NCBI GenBank assembly: GCA_001805445.1
Contig: MHGF01000034.1
Location: forward strand, 33,929 to 97,928
DNA length: 64,000 nucleotides
Reading direction: 5' to 3'
Source of the DNA: Omnitrophica WOR_2 bacterium GWF2_43_52
Lineage (GTDB): Bacteria > Omnitrophota > Gorgyraeia > Gygaellales > UBA12090
Within the stretch, counting starts at the first letter, position 1, and every line of letters starts with the position of its first letter. Shown here in pieces: positions 38,250 to 48,460 of the stretch. The position numbers and the translations under genes were made by a program. The notes below the pieces were generated by a model, which worked only from the letters and a program-made list of their open reading frames with translations, was not told where the DNA came from and searched no databases.

Positions 38250-39584
38250 TTAGAACGCGTATATTGCTTCTAAAGCTATAGTATCCTGATGATCGCCGGA
38301 TTTAGGCGGCGTGTAAGGGCTAAAGATATTAGAGCTTGATTCATCATAGCGGTACTCTAAGCGGGTAATCAGGTCTTTATACGGCCTTAGCTCAAAGGTA
38401 AAGGTCGTTTCCCAGATGTCCTGGGGATTTCCCGCGGTAAGCCTCAGGCCCTGAGGGTCGCTGAAGAATTCAGTCCTGCTGATGAGGCTTATCTTATCGG
38501 TCATATCGTACTTTACATACCCTGCCACCCCGCTCCATGCGCCGTCTTTTCCCGCGGTTACGGCATCTTCATCATGGGCGTAATCGGCATTGAGCATAAG
38601 GGTCCACTTCGGATGCAGCTTATAGATGGTAACGAAGTCTATAAGTGCTCGTTGGGAATGGTTATTGGTGGTTTGTTCCGGGCCGTACATCCCGGCTAAG
38701 TTAAAAGAAAGCTTATCGGTCGCTGTCCAGCCAAGAGCGGCTTCTACGGACTTAGCGTTATTATTATCTTTGACATTATCCCAGCCGTTGACTAACCCTA
38801 GATAACTACTTAATTTTTCAGTAAGCTGATACCCAGCGCGGATACCGGTATGGGTAAACGGTATGGCATAGCCGAAGAGGAGCCCCCGGCTAAAGTTCCA
38901 GTTGTCTTTTGCCTCAATTACCTCAGAGCCGTGCATCGTCACGAATTTCCCAATCTTTATCCACTGCCAATGCCCAAAAGGCAGGTTAAAACCATTAGGC
39001 TTTAACTGGATATACGCCTGTTCAAGGTCAAATTGATCCCTGGCTGAACCATTGGGAGTGATAACCTCCGCGTCTGAACCAAAGTAGAGGTCAGTGCGAA
39101 AACCTGCCCCTCCTTCATCAGGCGGAAGCTTTTCCATAACCAGCTCAGCGGCACGCACATTGAAATTATTGGCTTCGGTATCAAACACCCGGGCAGGATT
39201 GGTAGCGCCGGTCGTTGAGCTTGTGTCGGGATTTTGGGCGTTATAGGTATAGCTGGTATCCACAAATCCGCTTATGTTGATACCCTTTAACAGATCCATC
39301 GTCTGGGTTACCGCTTCTTTTCTTTTATCAAGCGCTGCCTGCACCTTCTTTTCAACGATCTCTTCCCCGATTTTGCTTGCCTCAAGGGTAGACTGCATCT
39401 CCAGCTTCCTGTTTAAGGACTCTACCTTTTTCTCTAAGGCGTCAATCCTGTTTAGAAGTGTTTTTGTTTTTTCGTCTGCCTCATCGGCAAAGGCAAAAAC
39501 CTGCATTGATACCACAAGAGCGATAATAAGTAGAAGCTTCTGTTTAAAGAAAAAACCATGGGATAATACTTTTTGTTTTTTCAT
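38250..39584 (-). CDS. outer-membrane beta-barrel protein (porin-like) with N-terminal coiled coil
   Basis: Signal peptide, coiled coil, alternating amphipathic strands, C-terminal ...ALEAIYAF. Confidence 0.5.
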   Translation of the reverse strand: MKKQKVLSHGFFFKQKLLLIIALVVSMQVFAFADEADEKTKTLLNRIDALEKKVESLNRKLEMQSTLEASKIGEEIVEKKVQAALDKRKEAVTQTMDLLKGINISGFVDTSYTYNAQNPDTSSTTGATNPARVFDTEANNFNVRAAELVMEKLPPDEGGAGFRTDLYFGSDAEVITPNGSARDQFDLEQAYIQLKPNGFNLPFGHWQWIKIGKFVTMHGSEVIEAKDNWNFSRGLLFGYAIPFTHTGIRAGYQLTEKLSSYLGLVNGWDNVKDNNNAKSVEAALGWTATDKLSFNLAGMYGPEQTTNNHSQRALIDFVTIYKLHPKWTLMLNADYAHDEDAVTAGKDGAWSGVAGYVKYDMTDKISLISRTEFFSDPQGLRLTAGNPQDIWETTFTFELRPYKDLITRLEYRYDESSSNIFSPYTPPKSGDHQDTIALEAIYAF

Positions 39585-39617
39585 CGTGTTTTTAACCCTC
39601 CTTTTCTCGCGTTTTAG

Positions 39618-40100
39618 TTAGCGGATAATTGTTTTAATAGCCTCGATTTCTTCGGAAGAAAGTACCTCCGCCAAATCTATTAAAATAAGCAGGCGCTCAT
39701 TTCCTAATTTCCCTATTCCCTTGATACAGCCATGCTGGCTAATGCCGCCAAGGATATGGGGAATGTCTTCAATATCATCTTGGGGAAGCCGCAGGACCTC
39801 GGTAACTTCGTCAACAATCATTCCCACAATATTCTTTTCTATCTCTACAACGACAATCCTCGTTTTTTCCGAATGAGGCTTGCCTTTAAGATTGAGCCGT
39901 TTGGCAAGGTCTATAATAGGCAGTATCCTGCCGCGCAGGTCTATAAGCCCCTCAACAAAACTGGATACTTTGGGCAGGGGGGTTATAGCGGTAAGCTTGA
40001 TAATCTCAATTACCTGGCGTATCTCTACGCCAAAATCCTCATTGCCGATAGCAAAGATGGCTAATTGCAATTCGTGGGATTCCGCGGAAGATTTCTCCAT
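39618..40100 (-). CDS. cheW: chemotaxis coupling protein CheW
   Basis: EDFGVEIRQVIEIIKL..LIDLRGRILPIIDLAKRL..GMIVDEVTEVLRL. Confidence 0.85.
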   Translation of the reverse strand: MEKSSAESHELQLAIFAIGNEDFGVEIRQVIEIIKLTAITPLPKVSSFVEGLIDLRGRILPIIDLAKRLNLKGKPHSEKTRIVVVEIEKNIVGMIVDEVTEVLRLPQDDIEDIPHILGGISQHGCIKGIGKLGNERLLILIDLAEVLSSEEIEAIKTIIR

Positions 40101-40168
40101 CAGGGATTTTTTTATACTCCTTGATTATCAATAAATCTTTTATAACTGCCGCTCGTATACGCTAAGGC

Positions 40169-41914
40169 TTACAGCTTAAATTTGGTCACCATGTTTTTAA
40201 GTGATAGAGAAAGATTAGAAAGCTCCTGCGCGGACGCTGACATTTCTTGCATTGAGGCAGTCTGTTCCTCGGTTGAGGAAGAAACCTCTTCCGCGGTTGC
40301 CGCTGATTCTTTGGCAATGCTGGAGACGTCGTTAACAGCCTTAGAAACGAGCTCATTATCTTTTACCTGCTGCTGCATAGAAGTAGATATCTGATTTGCC
40401 ATGGCGTTGACTTCTTGCACAGCCTTGTTGATCTCGCCGAGGATATCGGTTATCTTGGTTACTTCGGCTCTGCCTTCCTGCACTTCTTTGGAACTTGCCT
40501 GTATGGCGCTGACTGCTTCCTGAGTCTCTGACTGAATGGATTTAATGAGTTTTCCAATCTTTCGCACTGCCTCGGCAGAGCCTTCGGCAAGCTTTCGCAC
40601 CTCTTCGGCGACAACCGCGAAGCCGCGTCCTGCTTCACCGGCTCGCGCTGCCTCGATGGCCGCGTTTAATGCCAGAAGATTGGTTTGGTCGGCGATAGAA
40701 GTAATGGTATCGGTGATTTCACCGATAGCCTGGGATTTTTCTCCCAAGCCCTGGATGACTTTCGCGGTTGAGACAACCGTGTCCGCGAGCCGGGTGATCT
40801 TTTCCACCGCTTCCTGGGCCGCGGTTTTTCCGTTCTGGGCGTAATTTGAGGCTTGGTTTACCGCGCTTGAAGTGCTTTGGGCATTAGCTACCGCTTGTTT
40901 TAAGTTTACCGATGACCTTTCCATTGCCAGGGAAGTCTGCGAGCTCTTTTCTGCCTGGGTGCTGGCGCCTTTGGCAACATTGTTGATGGCGGTAGATACT
41001 TCCTGGGTTGAGGCATTCATTTCTTCCGCAGAGCTGGATAGTTCTTGCGATGACGAGGCAACTTTATCCGCGGTTGAGCGCACCTCAAGGAATATCGCGC
41101 GGAGTGAGTCTAAAAGTTTGTTGAACACCTCGCCAAGCCTGCCGAGTTCGTCTTGAGAGCTTATCTTTATCTTATCCGCGGTCAGGTCTCCCTGGGCTAT
41201 TCGTTCCGCGGTAGCAACTACCTGTTGCAAAGGAAGCGTAATTTGGCGGATGATTAACACGCAGATGATGAGGATTAAGACAATGTCTCCAAGGCCAATC
41301 ATAATCAAAAGGAAGGTCCTCCATCTGATGGTAGCTGTCCCGCGCTGCTCATCAACTTTGTTTCTTTCGATGGACATAGAAACCACCTTGTCAACGCCGA
41401 CGCGGTGCTCTTCGTATTTTTCATTGAGAAAAGTTTTGGCTAATTCCCGCGCCTTATCCTTTTCACCCTTTTGAATGAGAGGAATGAATTCATCAAAGAA
41501 TTTCTTATGGAATTCAATAGCCGGATTATACGAAAGGCTGATGATCGCGTCTCTGAGTTCTTTATCCGTTGCCAGATCTCCAAAACTTTCAGAGATCCAG
41601 TACTCATGGCGGGTGTCGTATTCGCTTTTTAAGAATTTGGCATTTTCAATGAGCTTCTCAATCTTTACGGAATTTGTTTCATCAAGAAGCTGAAGGCTGA
41701 TGAGATAGGTTTCAATGATATATTCAGGTGGAGGAAGGACATCCGCGATAAGGTCTTTTCCCTGCACAATCCTCTTATAGAGGGGGCCGTTGACCTTTAC
41801 CGTGTTCAATGTCCAATACGACATTATCCCAAAGATAAAAAACCCTAGTATTGATACCCCAGCCAGCAGCATCAGGCGCAGCTTTATGCTAAGGCCTTTG
41901 ATTACATTCATCAT
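40169..41914 (-). CDS. methyl-accepting chemotaxis protein (TM, HAMP, MA domain)
   Basis: [25 protein letters not shown]; signalling hairpin [33 protein letters not shown]. Confidence 0.9.
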   Translation of the reverse strand: MMNVIKGLSIKLRLMLLAGVSILGFFIFGIMSYWTLNTVKVNGPLYKRIVQGKDLIADVLPPPEYIIETYLISLQLLDETNSVKIEKLIENAKFLKSEYDTRHEYWISESFGDLATDKELRDAIISLSYNPAIEFHKKFFDEFIPLIQKGEKDKARELAKTFLNEKYEEHRVGVDKVVSMSIERNKVDEQRGTATIRWRTFLLIMIGLGDIVLILIICVLIIRQITLPLQQVVATAERIAQGDLTADKIKISSQDELGRLGEVFNKLLDSLRAIFLEVRSTADKVASSSQELSSSAEEMNASTQEVSTAINNVAKGASTQAEKSSQTSLAMERSSVNLKQAVANAQSTSSAVNQASNYAQNGKTAAQEAVEKITRLADTVVSTAKVIQGLGEKSQAIGEITDTITSIADQTNLLALNAAIEAARAGEAGRGFAVVAEEVRKLAEGSAEAVRKIGKLIKSIQSETQEAVSAIQASSKEVQEGRAEVTKITDILGEINKAVQEVNAMANQISTSMQQQVKDNELVSKAVNDVSSIAKESAATAEEVSSSTEEQTASMQEMSASAQELSNLSLSLKNMVTKFKL

Positions 41915-42233
41915 GGCGTTCCTCCTCCTTTTTCGGGAATGGTATCCCGTTACTTATTAGTATAAGTAAAATCGCGGTGTCTTTGGTAACTGCCGCCTTT
42001 AAAGTTACCCCTTTAATTGCAAGAGGTTAACATGATTCAGATTTTACAATATCATACGATGTTGAAAAGTCAAGAATTATTTTGACGCGAATTTTTAGCA
42101 TGCTCATCGGCGTAGAGAAAATGCCTCGCTGACTTAGTGGAGGGTATGCTTTTTAGTAAAATAGCTTGATAAGCGGAAATCAAGATGTTACTATGATGAA
42201 CGCGAAAAAAAGATTTTAGAATATCTCTCACAA

Positions 42234-43013
42234 TTGAAGGTATGCTCACATAAAAGGAATATGAAGAAATCTGCGAAGGATTCTTTTGTACGCTTGTTTT
42301 GTTCAATAAAGTTCGTTGTTACGCTCTTAGCGTTGATTATTCTCACGATTATTAGCGGTACGCTCATACCTCAAGGGGCTTTGGCGCAGGCGTATAGTGC
42401 CCGGTATGGAGAGCGGTTCTATCGCGTTCTTTCTTTTCTGCGGTTAACCGATGTGTATCATTCCTGGTGGTTTATCGGTTTGGTATTTTTTCTGTGGCTG
42501 AGCCTTTTAACCTGTACCCTGCGCCAAGTAAAAACATGGAAAAAATCACTGGCTTCCCTTATTGCTCATCTGGGGCTTTTAATAATTATCGTCGGAAGCC
42601 TCGTTACCTGTATTTTCGGCCACACGGGTTTCTTGGTAGTATATAAAGGCCATTCCCAGGATACCTTTATAACCGCGGGCAACACCTTAAAGCCGTTAGG
42701 TTTTAGAATATACCTTGATGATTTTGAGATTGAATGGTATGATGCTACCCGTAGCCATATAAAAGATTATAGGAGTAAAGCGGTAATCCTTGATGGGAGC
42801 GGCAGGCCTGTTTTTGCTAAAATAATAAAGGTGAATCATCCCTTGAGCTTTAAGGGGTATACCTTATGCCAGGCAAGTTATGATGAGAAGCATGGCCTTT
42901 GGACAGGGCTGCAGGTATCCAAGGACCCAGGGGTACAGATAGTATACGCGGGCTTCATTTTTCTTAATATAGGGGTAATCTTTATCGTCAGCGGCAAATC
43001 AAAGCACAAGTGA
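42234..43013 (+). CDS. ccsB: ResB/CcsB-like cytochrome c biogenesis protein (short form, system II)
   Basis: Membrane protein directly upstream of ccsA; 259 aa with TM-loop-TM topology. Alternative start at MKKSAKD (42261). Confidence 0.55.
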   Translation: MKVCSHKRNMKKSAKDSFVRLFCSIKFVVTLLALIILTIISGTLIPQGALAQAYSARYGERFYRVLSFLRLTDVYHSWWFIGLVFFLWLSLLTCTLRQVKTWKKSLASLIAHLGLLIIIVGSLVTCIFGHTGFLVVYKGHSQDTFITAGNTLKPLGFRIYLDDFEIEWYDATRSHIKDYRSKAVILDGSGRPVFAKIIKVNHPLSFKGYTLCQASYDEKHGLWTGLQVSKDPGVQIVYAGFIFLNIGVIFIVSGKSKHK

Positions 43014-43274
43014 GGTAGTAACATGTTAAAAGCGCCTGCCTGCCGCAGGCAGGGATATCTGGGTATCAGGGAATTGGGATTTTCCCGCTATAGTCTTTGA
43101 TGAGGCGGGATCCCGCCTTGGGCGGGAGGGTATCGGGAAATCGGGAGATTAGGGAAAACCCGATATTTTGTTCCCAATATCCTGATATCCTAATTACCAA
43201 ATCCTAATCTCCCGATCACCTAATCCCCGCATTTAACATGCTCAATTACATATATTATACGAGGAGTAAAGGCC

Positions 43275-44060
43275 ATGAATTTCACTTTGATTAATGTGGT
43301 AATGGGCGCGTATCTTTTTGCCGGCATAGGCTTTTTTTTATACACAAACTTCCAAAAAATAATTTTTAAAAGTTTCGCAATCGCTTTATTATCAATAGGT
43401 TTTGCTTCTCATACCGGATTCCTCATTCAACGCTGGATAAGCGCGGGCCATTTTCCTATTATCGGCTTATATGAATCCCTGCTTTTTTTTAGCTGGTCAA
43501 CGGTGTGTGTGTTTTTCATCCTCTTAAGAAATTTCAAGCTTGAGTTTTTGGCTATGCCCGTGAGTATCGGCGCCGCCCTGATTGTAGGATATACCTCAAT
43601 TCTTGACAAAACCCTAAAGCCTCTTATGCCGGCATTAAAGAGTAATTGGATTGTTATCCATGTGGTAAGCTATTTTCTCGGCTATGCTTCGGTCGCGATT
43701 TCTTGTATTGTCAGTATCAAATACCTTGTCAATGCCCGTAAAGCTTCTCCTGATTCGTTGACAGCTTTAGATACGCTTAGTTATCGTCTCATCGCCTTTG
43801 CCTTTCCTTTTTTGACTATCGGGCTTACTACCGGAGCGGTATGGGCAAAGACCGCCTGGGGCAGCTATTGGAGCTGGGACCCTAAAGAGACCTGGGCGCT
43901 GATTACTTGGTGCGTCTACGCGGCGTATTTACATTTGCGCCTGCTTAAAAACTGGCATGGCCGTCGAGGCGCCTATATTAATATCATAGGGTTTTTTTGC
44001 GTTCTTTTTACCTTTATCGGGGTAAATTATCTTTTTAAAGGCTTGCACAGTTATTTATAG
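43275..44060 (+). CDS. ccsA: cytochrome c assembly protein CcsA/ResC
   Basis: W-rich haem-handling motif WAKTAWGSYWSWDPKETWAL plus conserved His residues. Confidence 0.8.
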   Translation: MNFTLINVVMGAYLFAGIGFFLYTNFQKIIFKSFAIALLSIGFASHTGFLIQRWISAGHFPIIGLYESLLFFSWSTVCVFFILLRNFKLEFLAMPVSIGAALIVGYTSILDKTLKPLMPALKSNWIVIHVVSYFLGYASVAISCIVSIKYLVNARKASPDSLTALDTLSYRLIAFAFPFLTIGLTTGAVWAKTAWGSYWSWDPKETWALITWCVYAAYLHLRLLKNWHGRRGAYINIIGFFCVLFTFIGVNYLFKGLHSYL

Positions 44061-44062
44061 CT

Positions 44063-44120
44063 TTCAGCCTTCAGCCTTCAGCTTTCAGCTGATTGCTGAT
44101 AGCTGATAGCTGAAGGCTTA
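44063..44120 (+). terminator. GC-rich hairpin after ccsA (gccttcagc...gctgaaggc) containing repeated TCAGCTGA units
   Basis: agctttcagccttcagccttcagctttcagctgattgctgatagctgatagctgaaggc. The 22-mer ctttcagctgattgctgatagc recurs at 47507-47528. Confidence 0.4.
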
Positions 44121-44125
44121 TTTCT

Positions 44126-46765
44126 ATGCGTCTTAGGACAAAATTCCTTCTTACGTTTCTGGCCATTTCCATCATTCCCCTTATTTTCATTAGTGCCTTA
44201 AGCTTTTCTTACGCGAAAAAGTCGTTAGAAGCGACTGCCTTAAAAGGCCTGAATATTGTGGCTCTGGCCAAGAAGGCCGAAGTCCTGGAGTATTTAAGCG
44301 GTAAAAAAGGCAGGACCATTGATTTTGCCTCCGACGGTTTTATCAGAGATCAGGCAGAAGCTATCTTTAAGAGCGCCGCCGCAGAGAAAACACGCTTAAG
44401 CAGGTCTTTAAATGAGCATCTTAGGGTTAATAAAAAACCTCTCGATGAGGAAATTTTAGAAATCCGCGTCCTTGATATAACCGGTAAGATTATCGGCGAT
44501 AGCGAGGGCGAGGCCCTACTAGGGCTTGCCACAGGCAAGACGCAAGCCTATTTTCTTGAAGGGCAGCATACGGCCTATATTCAGGATAGCGGTATTTTTA
44601 TGCATTGGGGCGCGGAAGAAGAAATTATTGCCATTGGCACGCCTTTAAAAAGCAGAACGACGAATACACTCATCGGAGTCTTGGTTAATTTTTATACCTT
44701 AGCCAATGTTCAGGATGTCCTTCTGGGAATAAAAGGCCACCGCTGGGATAAACAGAGTATTGTCGGCGGCCAAGAAACCACCATGGATATATTCTTGGTG
44801 AATCAGCAAGGCCTGCTTTTAACCCCTTCCAAAAAGCTCGATACCTATAGGCCGTTAAAAACGAAAATAATCACCGAGCCTGTTCTCCAGGCAACGGCAG
44901 ATTTTGGCGTTCTTAATAGATCGTGGGTAGATATGCGGGGAAACAATGTATTGGGCGCATCGGTGCTTTTAGATATTGAGGAGGACTGGAAGTGGCTTTT
45001 AATCATAGAGCAAGACCAAAAAGAGGTACTTTTGCCGGTGTATGAATTAAGGAATTTTTTGGCAACGGCAGCGGTCATTATATGGCTTTTTGTAGGGTTC
45101 ATCGCGGTAGCAATAGCTGAATCAATTACGGCGCCGGTACGCAAGCTTACCAGGGTTGCCGATAGGATTAGCAGGGGTGAAGCAGGATTACGCATAGAGA
45201 ATACGTCAAAGGATGAAATCGGGACACTCGCCTCTTCCTTTAACCGGATGGTAGAGATCCGCCAAAGTGTCGAAGACGAGTTGAGGCTGGCTAAGACGCG
45301 CATCAGCGAAGAAAAAACCAAGTGCGAGCTTGTCCTGGCGAGTATCGGCGAGGGTATGATTGTCATTAGCCAAGATGCCAAGGTGATGATGATGAATAGC
45401 GAAGCCGAGCATATGTTCGGCTGGGAGCTGATTGAGTTGGTAGGAAAAAATTTTGGCGAAGCGCTTATTTGTGAAGATGAAAAAGGCAACCCGGTTCCCG
45501 AAGCAGAGAGAATTATGGCCCGTCCGCTTGAGGATAATAAAACTATCCATGTCAACGCGTACTATTATCGAAGAGATGCGACGAGGTTTCCTGTTTCCGT
45601 GACGGCCTCCCCTATCCTTTTTGAAAGCAAGGTCATCGGGGCAATCGGGATATTCCGCGATATTACCAAAGAGAAAGAAATAGACAGAATGAAAACTGAT
45701 TTTATCTCGACGGTTTCGCATGAAATCCGCACACCCCTGACGACGATACGCGAGGGGGTTTCTCAGGCGCTTGACGGCCTTTTGGGAGGTATTACCGAAA
45801 AACAAAGAGAAATATTTTCCATTGTCCTTGAGGATTCCGACCGTCTCAAGCGTATTATTGACAGCCTCTTGGATATAGCGAAAATAGAAGCCGGGAAAGT
45901 AGAATTAAAAAAAGAGTTAGTCGATATTGCCGCCGTAGCTAAAACCGTAGCCGCTGCCTTCGGCCTGCAGGCGCAAGAGAAGAAACTGCAAATCCGCACG
46001 CATTTTTCTAAGCCAAAAATCAAGGCATACGTTGATAGAGATAGGATTAACCAGGTTTTTATAAATCTGGTGGGAAATGCCCTTAAATTCACGGAAAATG
46101 GCAGTATTACTATTTCAGTAGAGGATACCGCCGCGTCGATAGAATGTTCGGTTGCCGATACGGGGAAAGGCATTGCCAAGGAGGACCAGCCGAAATTATT
46201 CAGTAAATTTCAGCAGTTTGGCCGGGCGCACGGCCCGGGAGAAAAAGGAACCGGCCTGGGGCTTTCCATTTCTAAGGGCATCGTTGAACTGCATAAAGGA
46301 AAGATTTGGGCTGAGTCCCAACCGCGTAAAGGGACAAAAATCAGTTTCACGATTCCGCGCTATAGCCAAGAACAGCTCTTTAAAGAATATGTGGCAGGCG
46401 GGATAAAAAAGGCTATGCGCCAGAACAATGTTTTATCTCTGGTGCTTTTTAGCCTTTGGGATGTATCGGATACGCCCTTAAGCGATAGTGACGCGCTGGC
46501 CGATAATTTAACGGATTTTATCAGAAAAAAGATCCATTGGGACTCTGAGGCCATTGTGGAAAGCGGCAATCGTATTCTTATGCTTTTTCCCGGGGTTACA
46601 AAAGAAAACGCGCGGGTGATCGCCGGAAAGATCCGTAACATATTCGTCCACTACACGGCACGGCAAGGCGGGGAAAAACATATAACAATTTCTTTTAAAG
46701 TCATTACCTATCCTCAAGACGGCTCGCACGAAGAAGGCTTGGTCTTGGGGATATTGAATATATAA
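44126..46765 (+). CDS. sensor histidine kinase with periplasmic Cache-like domain, HAMP, PAS, HisKA, HATPase and a ~130-aa C-terminal domain of unknown type
   Basis: H-box SHEIRTPLTTI; G-box GTGLGLSISKGIVELHKG. The N-terminal sensor region is paralogous to that of the MCP at 50694..52799 (KKGRTIDFASDGFIRD versus [16 protein letters not shown]). Confidence 0.85.
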   Translation: MRLRTKFLLTFLAISIIPLIFISALSFSYAKKSLEATALKGLNIVALAKKAEVLEYLSGKKGRTIDFASDGFIRDQAEAIFKSAAAEKTRLSRSLNEHLRVNKKPLDEEILEIRVLDITGKIIGDSEGEALLGLATGKTQAYFLEGQHTAYIQDSGIFMHWGAEEEIIAIGTPLKSRTTNTLIGVLVNFYTLANVQDVLLGIKGHRWDKQSIVGGQETTMDIFLVNQQGLLLTPSKKLDTYRPLKTKIITEPVLQATADFGVLNRSWVDMRGNNVLGASVLLDIEEDWKWLLIIEQDQKEVLLPVYELRNFLATAAVIIWLFVGFIAVAIAESITAPVRKLTRVADRISRGEAGLRIENTSKDEIGTLASSFNRMVEIRQSVEDELRLAKTRISEEKTKCELVLASIGEGMIVISQDAKVMMMNSEAEHMFGWELIELVGKNFGEALICEDEKGNPVPEAERIMARPLEDNKTIHVNAYYYRRDATRFPVSVTASPILFESKVIGAIGIFRDITKEKEIDRMKTDFISTVSHEIRTPLTTIREGVSQALDGLLGGITEKQREIFSIVLEDSDRLKRIIDSLLDIAKIEAGKVELKKELVDIAAVAKTVAAAFGLQAQEKKLQIRTHFSKPKIKAYVDRDRINQVFINLVGNALKFTENGSITISVEDTAASIECSVADTGKGIAKEDQPKLFSKFQQFGRAHGPGEKGTGLGLSISKGIVELHKGKIWAESQPRKGTKISFTIPRYSQEQLFKEYVAGGIKKAMRQNNVLSLVLFSLWDVSDTPLSDSDALADNLTDFIRKKIHWDSEAIVESGNRILMLFPGVTKENARVIAGKIRNIFVHYTARQGGEKHITISFKVITYPQDGSHEEGLVLGILNI

Positions 46766-46900
46766 AGAGCAAAGGTAAACCCTTAAGAAGAATGTTGTTT
46801 GTGAAGTGTAGAGTGAAAAAAAGTCAAGGGTTTCCTTCGCGCGTGTAACGCAAGGTGTGTGTGAGAAATTTGCAGGCGCCACCGCCTGCGTTCTGTGGTT

Positions 46901-47049
46901 ACTAGTACACTGTAACAAAAGTTTTTAACTCTTCCCCTCCCTTGATGGGAGGGGTTAGGGGAGGGAGATGCCCGACTAATATCACCCCCACCTATCCTCC
47001 CCCATTAAGGGGGAGGAAATTCAATAACTTATGTTATACTGTACTAGTC
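46901..47049. repeat. small element bounded by family-A-type TIRs (actagtacactgtaaca / tgttatactgtactagt) with a G/C-rich hairpin core
   Basis: The TIRs are read directly from the sequence. Core ctcttcccctcccttgatgggaggggttaggggagggag...cccccattaagggggagg. Confidence 0.4.
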
Positions 47050-47064
47050 ATTCTAAGGAGGTAG

Positions 47065-47454
47065 ATGCGTATGGCAAAGAAAAAGATTTTAGTTGCTGAT
47101 GATGACCCTAATATCGTGAAGCTGATTAAGGCGCGGCTGGAAGCGAATAATTACGAAGTAATTACTGCCGCTGATGGCGAGGAATGCCTGCAAAAGATTT
47201 CCGCGGAAAAACCTGATTTGTTGATTTTAGATGTCCTGATGCCTAAGGCCGACGGCTATAATGTCCTTATCGGCATGAATGAAATCAAGGCCCTTACCGG
47301 AGAGATGCCCATTGTTCCGGTTATTGTCTTGACCGCTTTAAGCGACCCCAGGGTTAAAAATATGATTGAAAAGGAAGAAATCAAAGATTATGTGGTTAAG
47401 CCTTTTGAATCCGAAGAACTCTTATCAAAAATAAGAAAGGCTTTGGGAGAATAA
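47065..47454 (+). CDS. single-domain response regulator (CheY/DivK-like)
   Basis: KKILVADDDPNIVKLI...LLILDVLMPKADGYNVL...VKPF; 129 aa. Confidence 0.85.
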   Translation: MRMAKKKILVADDDPNIVKLIKARLEANNYEVITAADGEECLQKISAEKPDLLILDVLMPKADGYNVLIGMNEIKALTGEMPIVPVIVLTALSDPRVKNMIEKEEIKDYVVKPFESEELLSKIRKALGE

Positions 47455-47628
47455 CGTATAGCTTTCTCCGCCGCAGGCGGATACGCCTACGGCGTAAGCT
47501 TTCTGCTTTCAGCTGATTGCTGAGAGCTTTTTATGCGCGGTTTTACCTGTAGTAGCCATGTGTCGGCAGTACGCCTTGCAGGGGGCAAAACCAAACTGCG
47601 GAAATTGGGATAATAAGGATAAAAAACA

Positions 47629-48009
47629 GTGCCAAAGAAAATACTGCTGGCGGATGATGACCCGAATATTTTGAAGCTGGTAAAGCTGCGGTTAGAGGCA
47701 AATGGCTATGAAGTAGTTACCGCCAGCGATGGAGAAGAATGTATGGCGAAGGTTTTTTCAGAGAAGCCGCAGCTTATCCTTTTGGACCTTATGATGCCTA
47801 AGGTTGACGGTTATGCCGTGCTCGTGGGCTTAAAAGAAATGCATGGTCTCCAAGAGGGAATTCCCGATATCCCGGTGGTCGTGCTTACGGCTATGGGAGA
47901 TTCCCGGGTTAAGGATTTGGTGCAAAAGGAACATATTGCTGACTATGTCCTCAAACCGTTTAATTCCCAGGATCTATTGGCAAAGGTTAAAAAGGCCTTA
48001 GGCGAGTGA
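47629..48009 (+). CDS. single-domain response regulator, tandem paralog of the 47065..47454 product
   Basis: KKILLADDDPNILKLV...LILLDLMMPKVDGYAVL...LKPF. Confidence 0.85.
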   Translation: MPKKILLADDDPNILKLVKLRLEANGYEVVTASDGEECMAKVFSEKPQLILLDLMMPKVDGYAVLVGLKEMHGLQEGIPDIPVVVLTAMGDSRVKDLVQKEHIADYVLKPFNSQDLLAKVKKALGE

Positions 48010-48204
48010 GTTTATCCCGACGCTTCAAAACTGCGGCCTTCAGGCCGCGGATGGAGTTCCGACGTTTTCGGTCGGAACAAGTCGGTCGGGATTCCGCCCC
48101 GAAGGGGCAAGAAGAAAAGGAACTTCAGGCTTTAGCCCGGGTGGGCTCCATTTTATTATTTATTTATTACCAAGTAGTTACAAAAATATTTTTTGAAAAA
48201 ATAC

Positions 48205-48233
48205 TTGACAAAGCTATAGATTGAAGCTATATT
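48205..48233 (+). promoter_or_regulatory. sigma70-like promoter TTGACA-17-TATATT with AT-rich upstream region
   Basis: ttgaca at 48205-48210, tatatt at 48228-48233. About 230 nt upstream of the 48461 gene. Confidence 0.4.
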
Positions 48234-48460
48234 TAAACCTAACTTTAGTTAATAATTGTTCGTTGAAATTTTGTTTAATTGTGTCTACAATGAACCTCTT
48301 TACCTTGGAGTTTTAAAAAAAGGCTAAAAAAGAAAGCTTCAAAAGGTAAAGCTATCTTATCCCTTATCTATAACATATAATACAAATATCTATAATTTAT
48401 AGAAAGGGATAGGATAATAGTTAGGCGCAGAGCTTGCGTGGGCAGGTGTTCACGTAGGAT

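Noticed and set aside
40536-40844. ORFs 40536..40844 (+) and 52142..52423 (-) with identical 84-aa N-termini
   Set aside because: They are antisense to the MCP signalling domains. Their identity reflects the duplicated MCP DNA; they are not real genes.
42070-42306. ORF 42070..42306 (-)
   Set aside because: It lies in the divergent promoter region between the MCP and ccsB and overlaps the ccsB start. It has no RBS and no conserved features.
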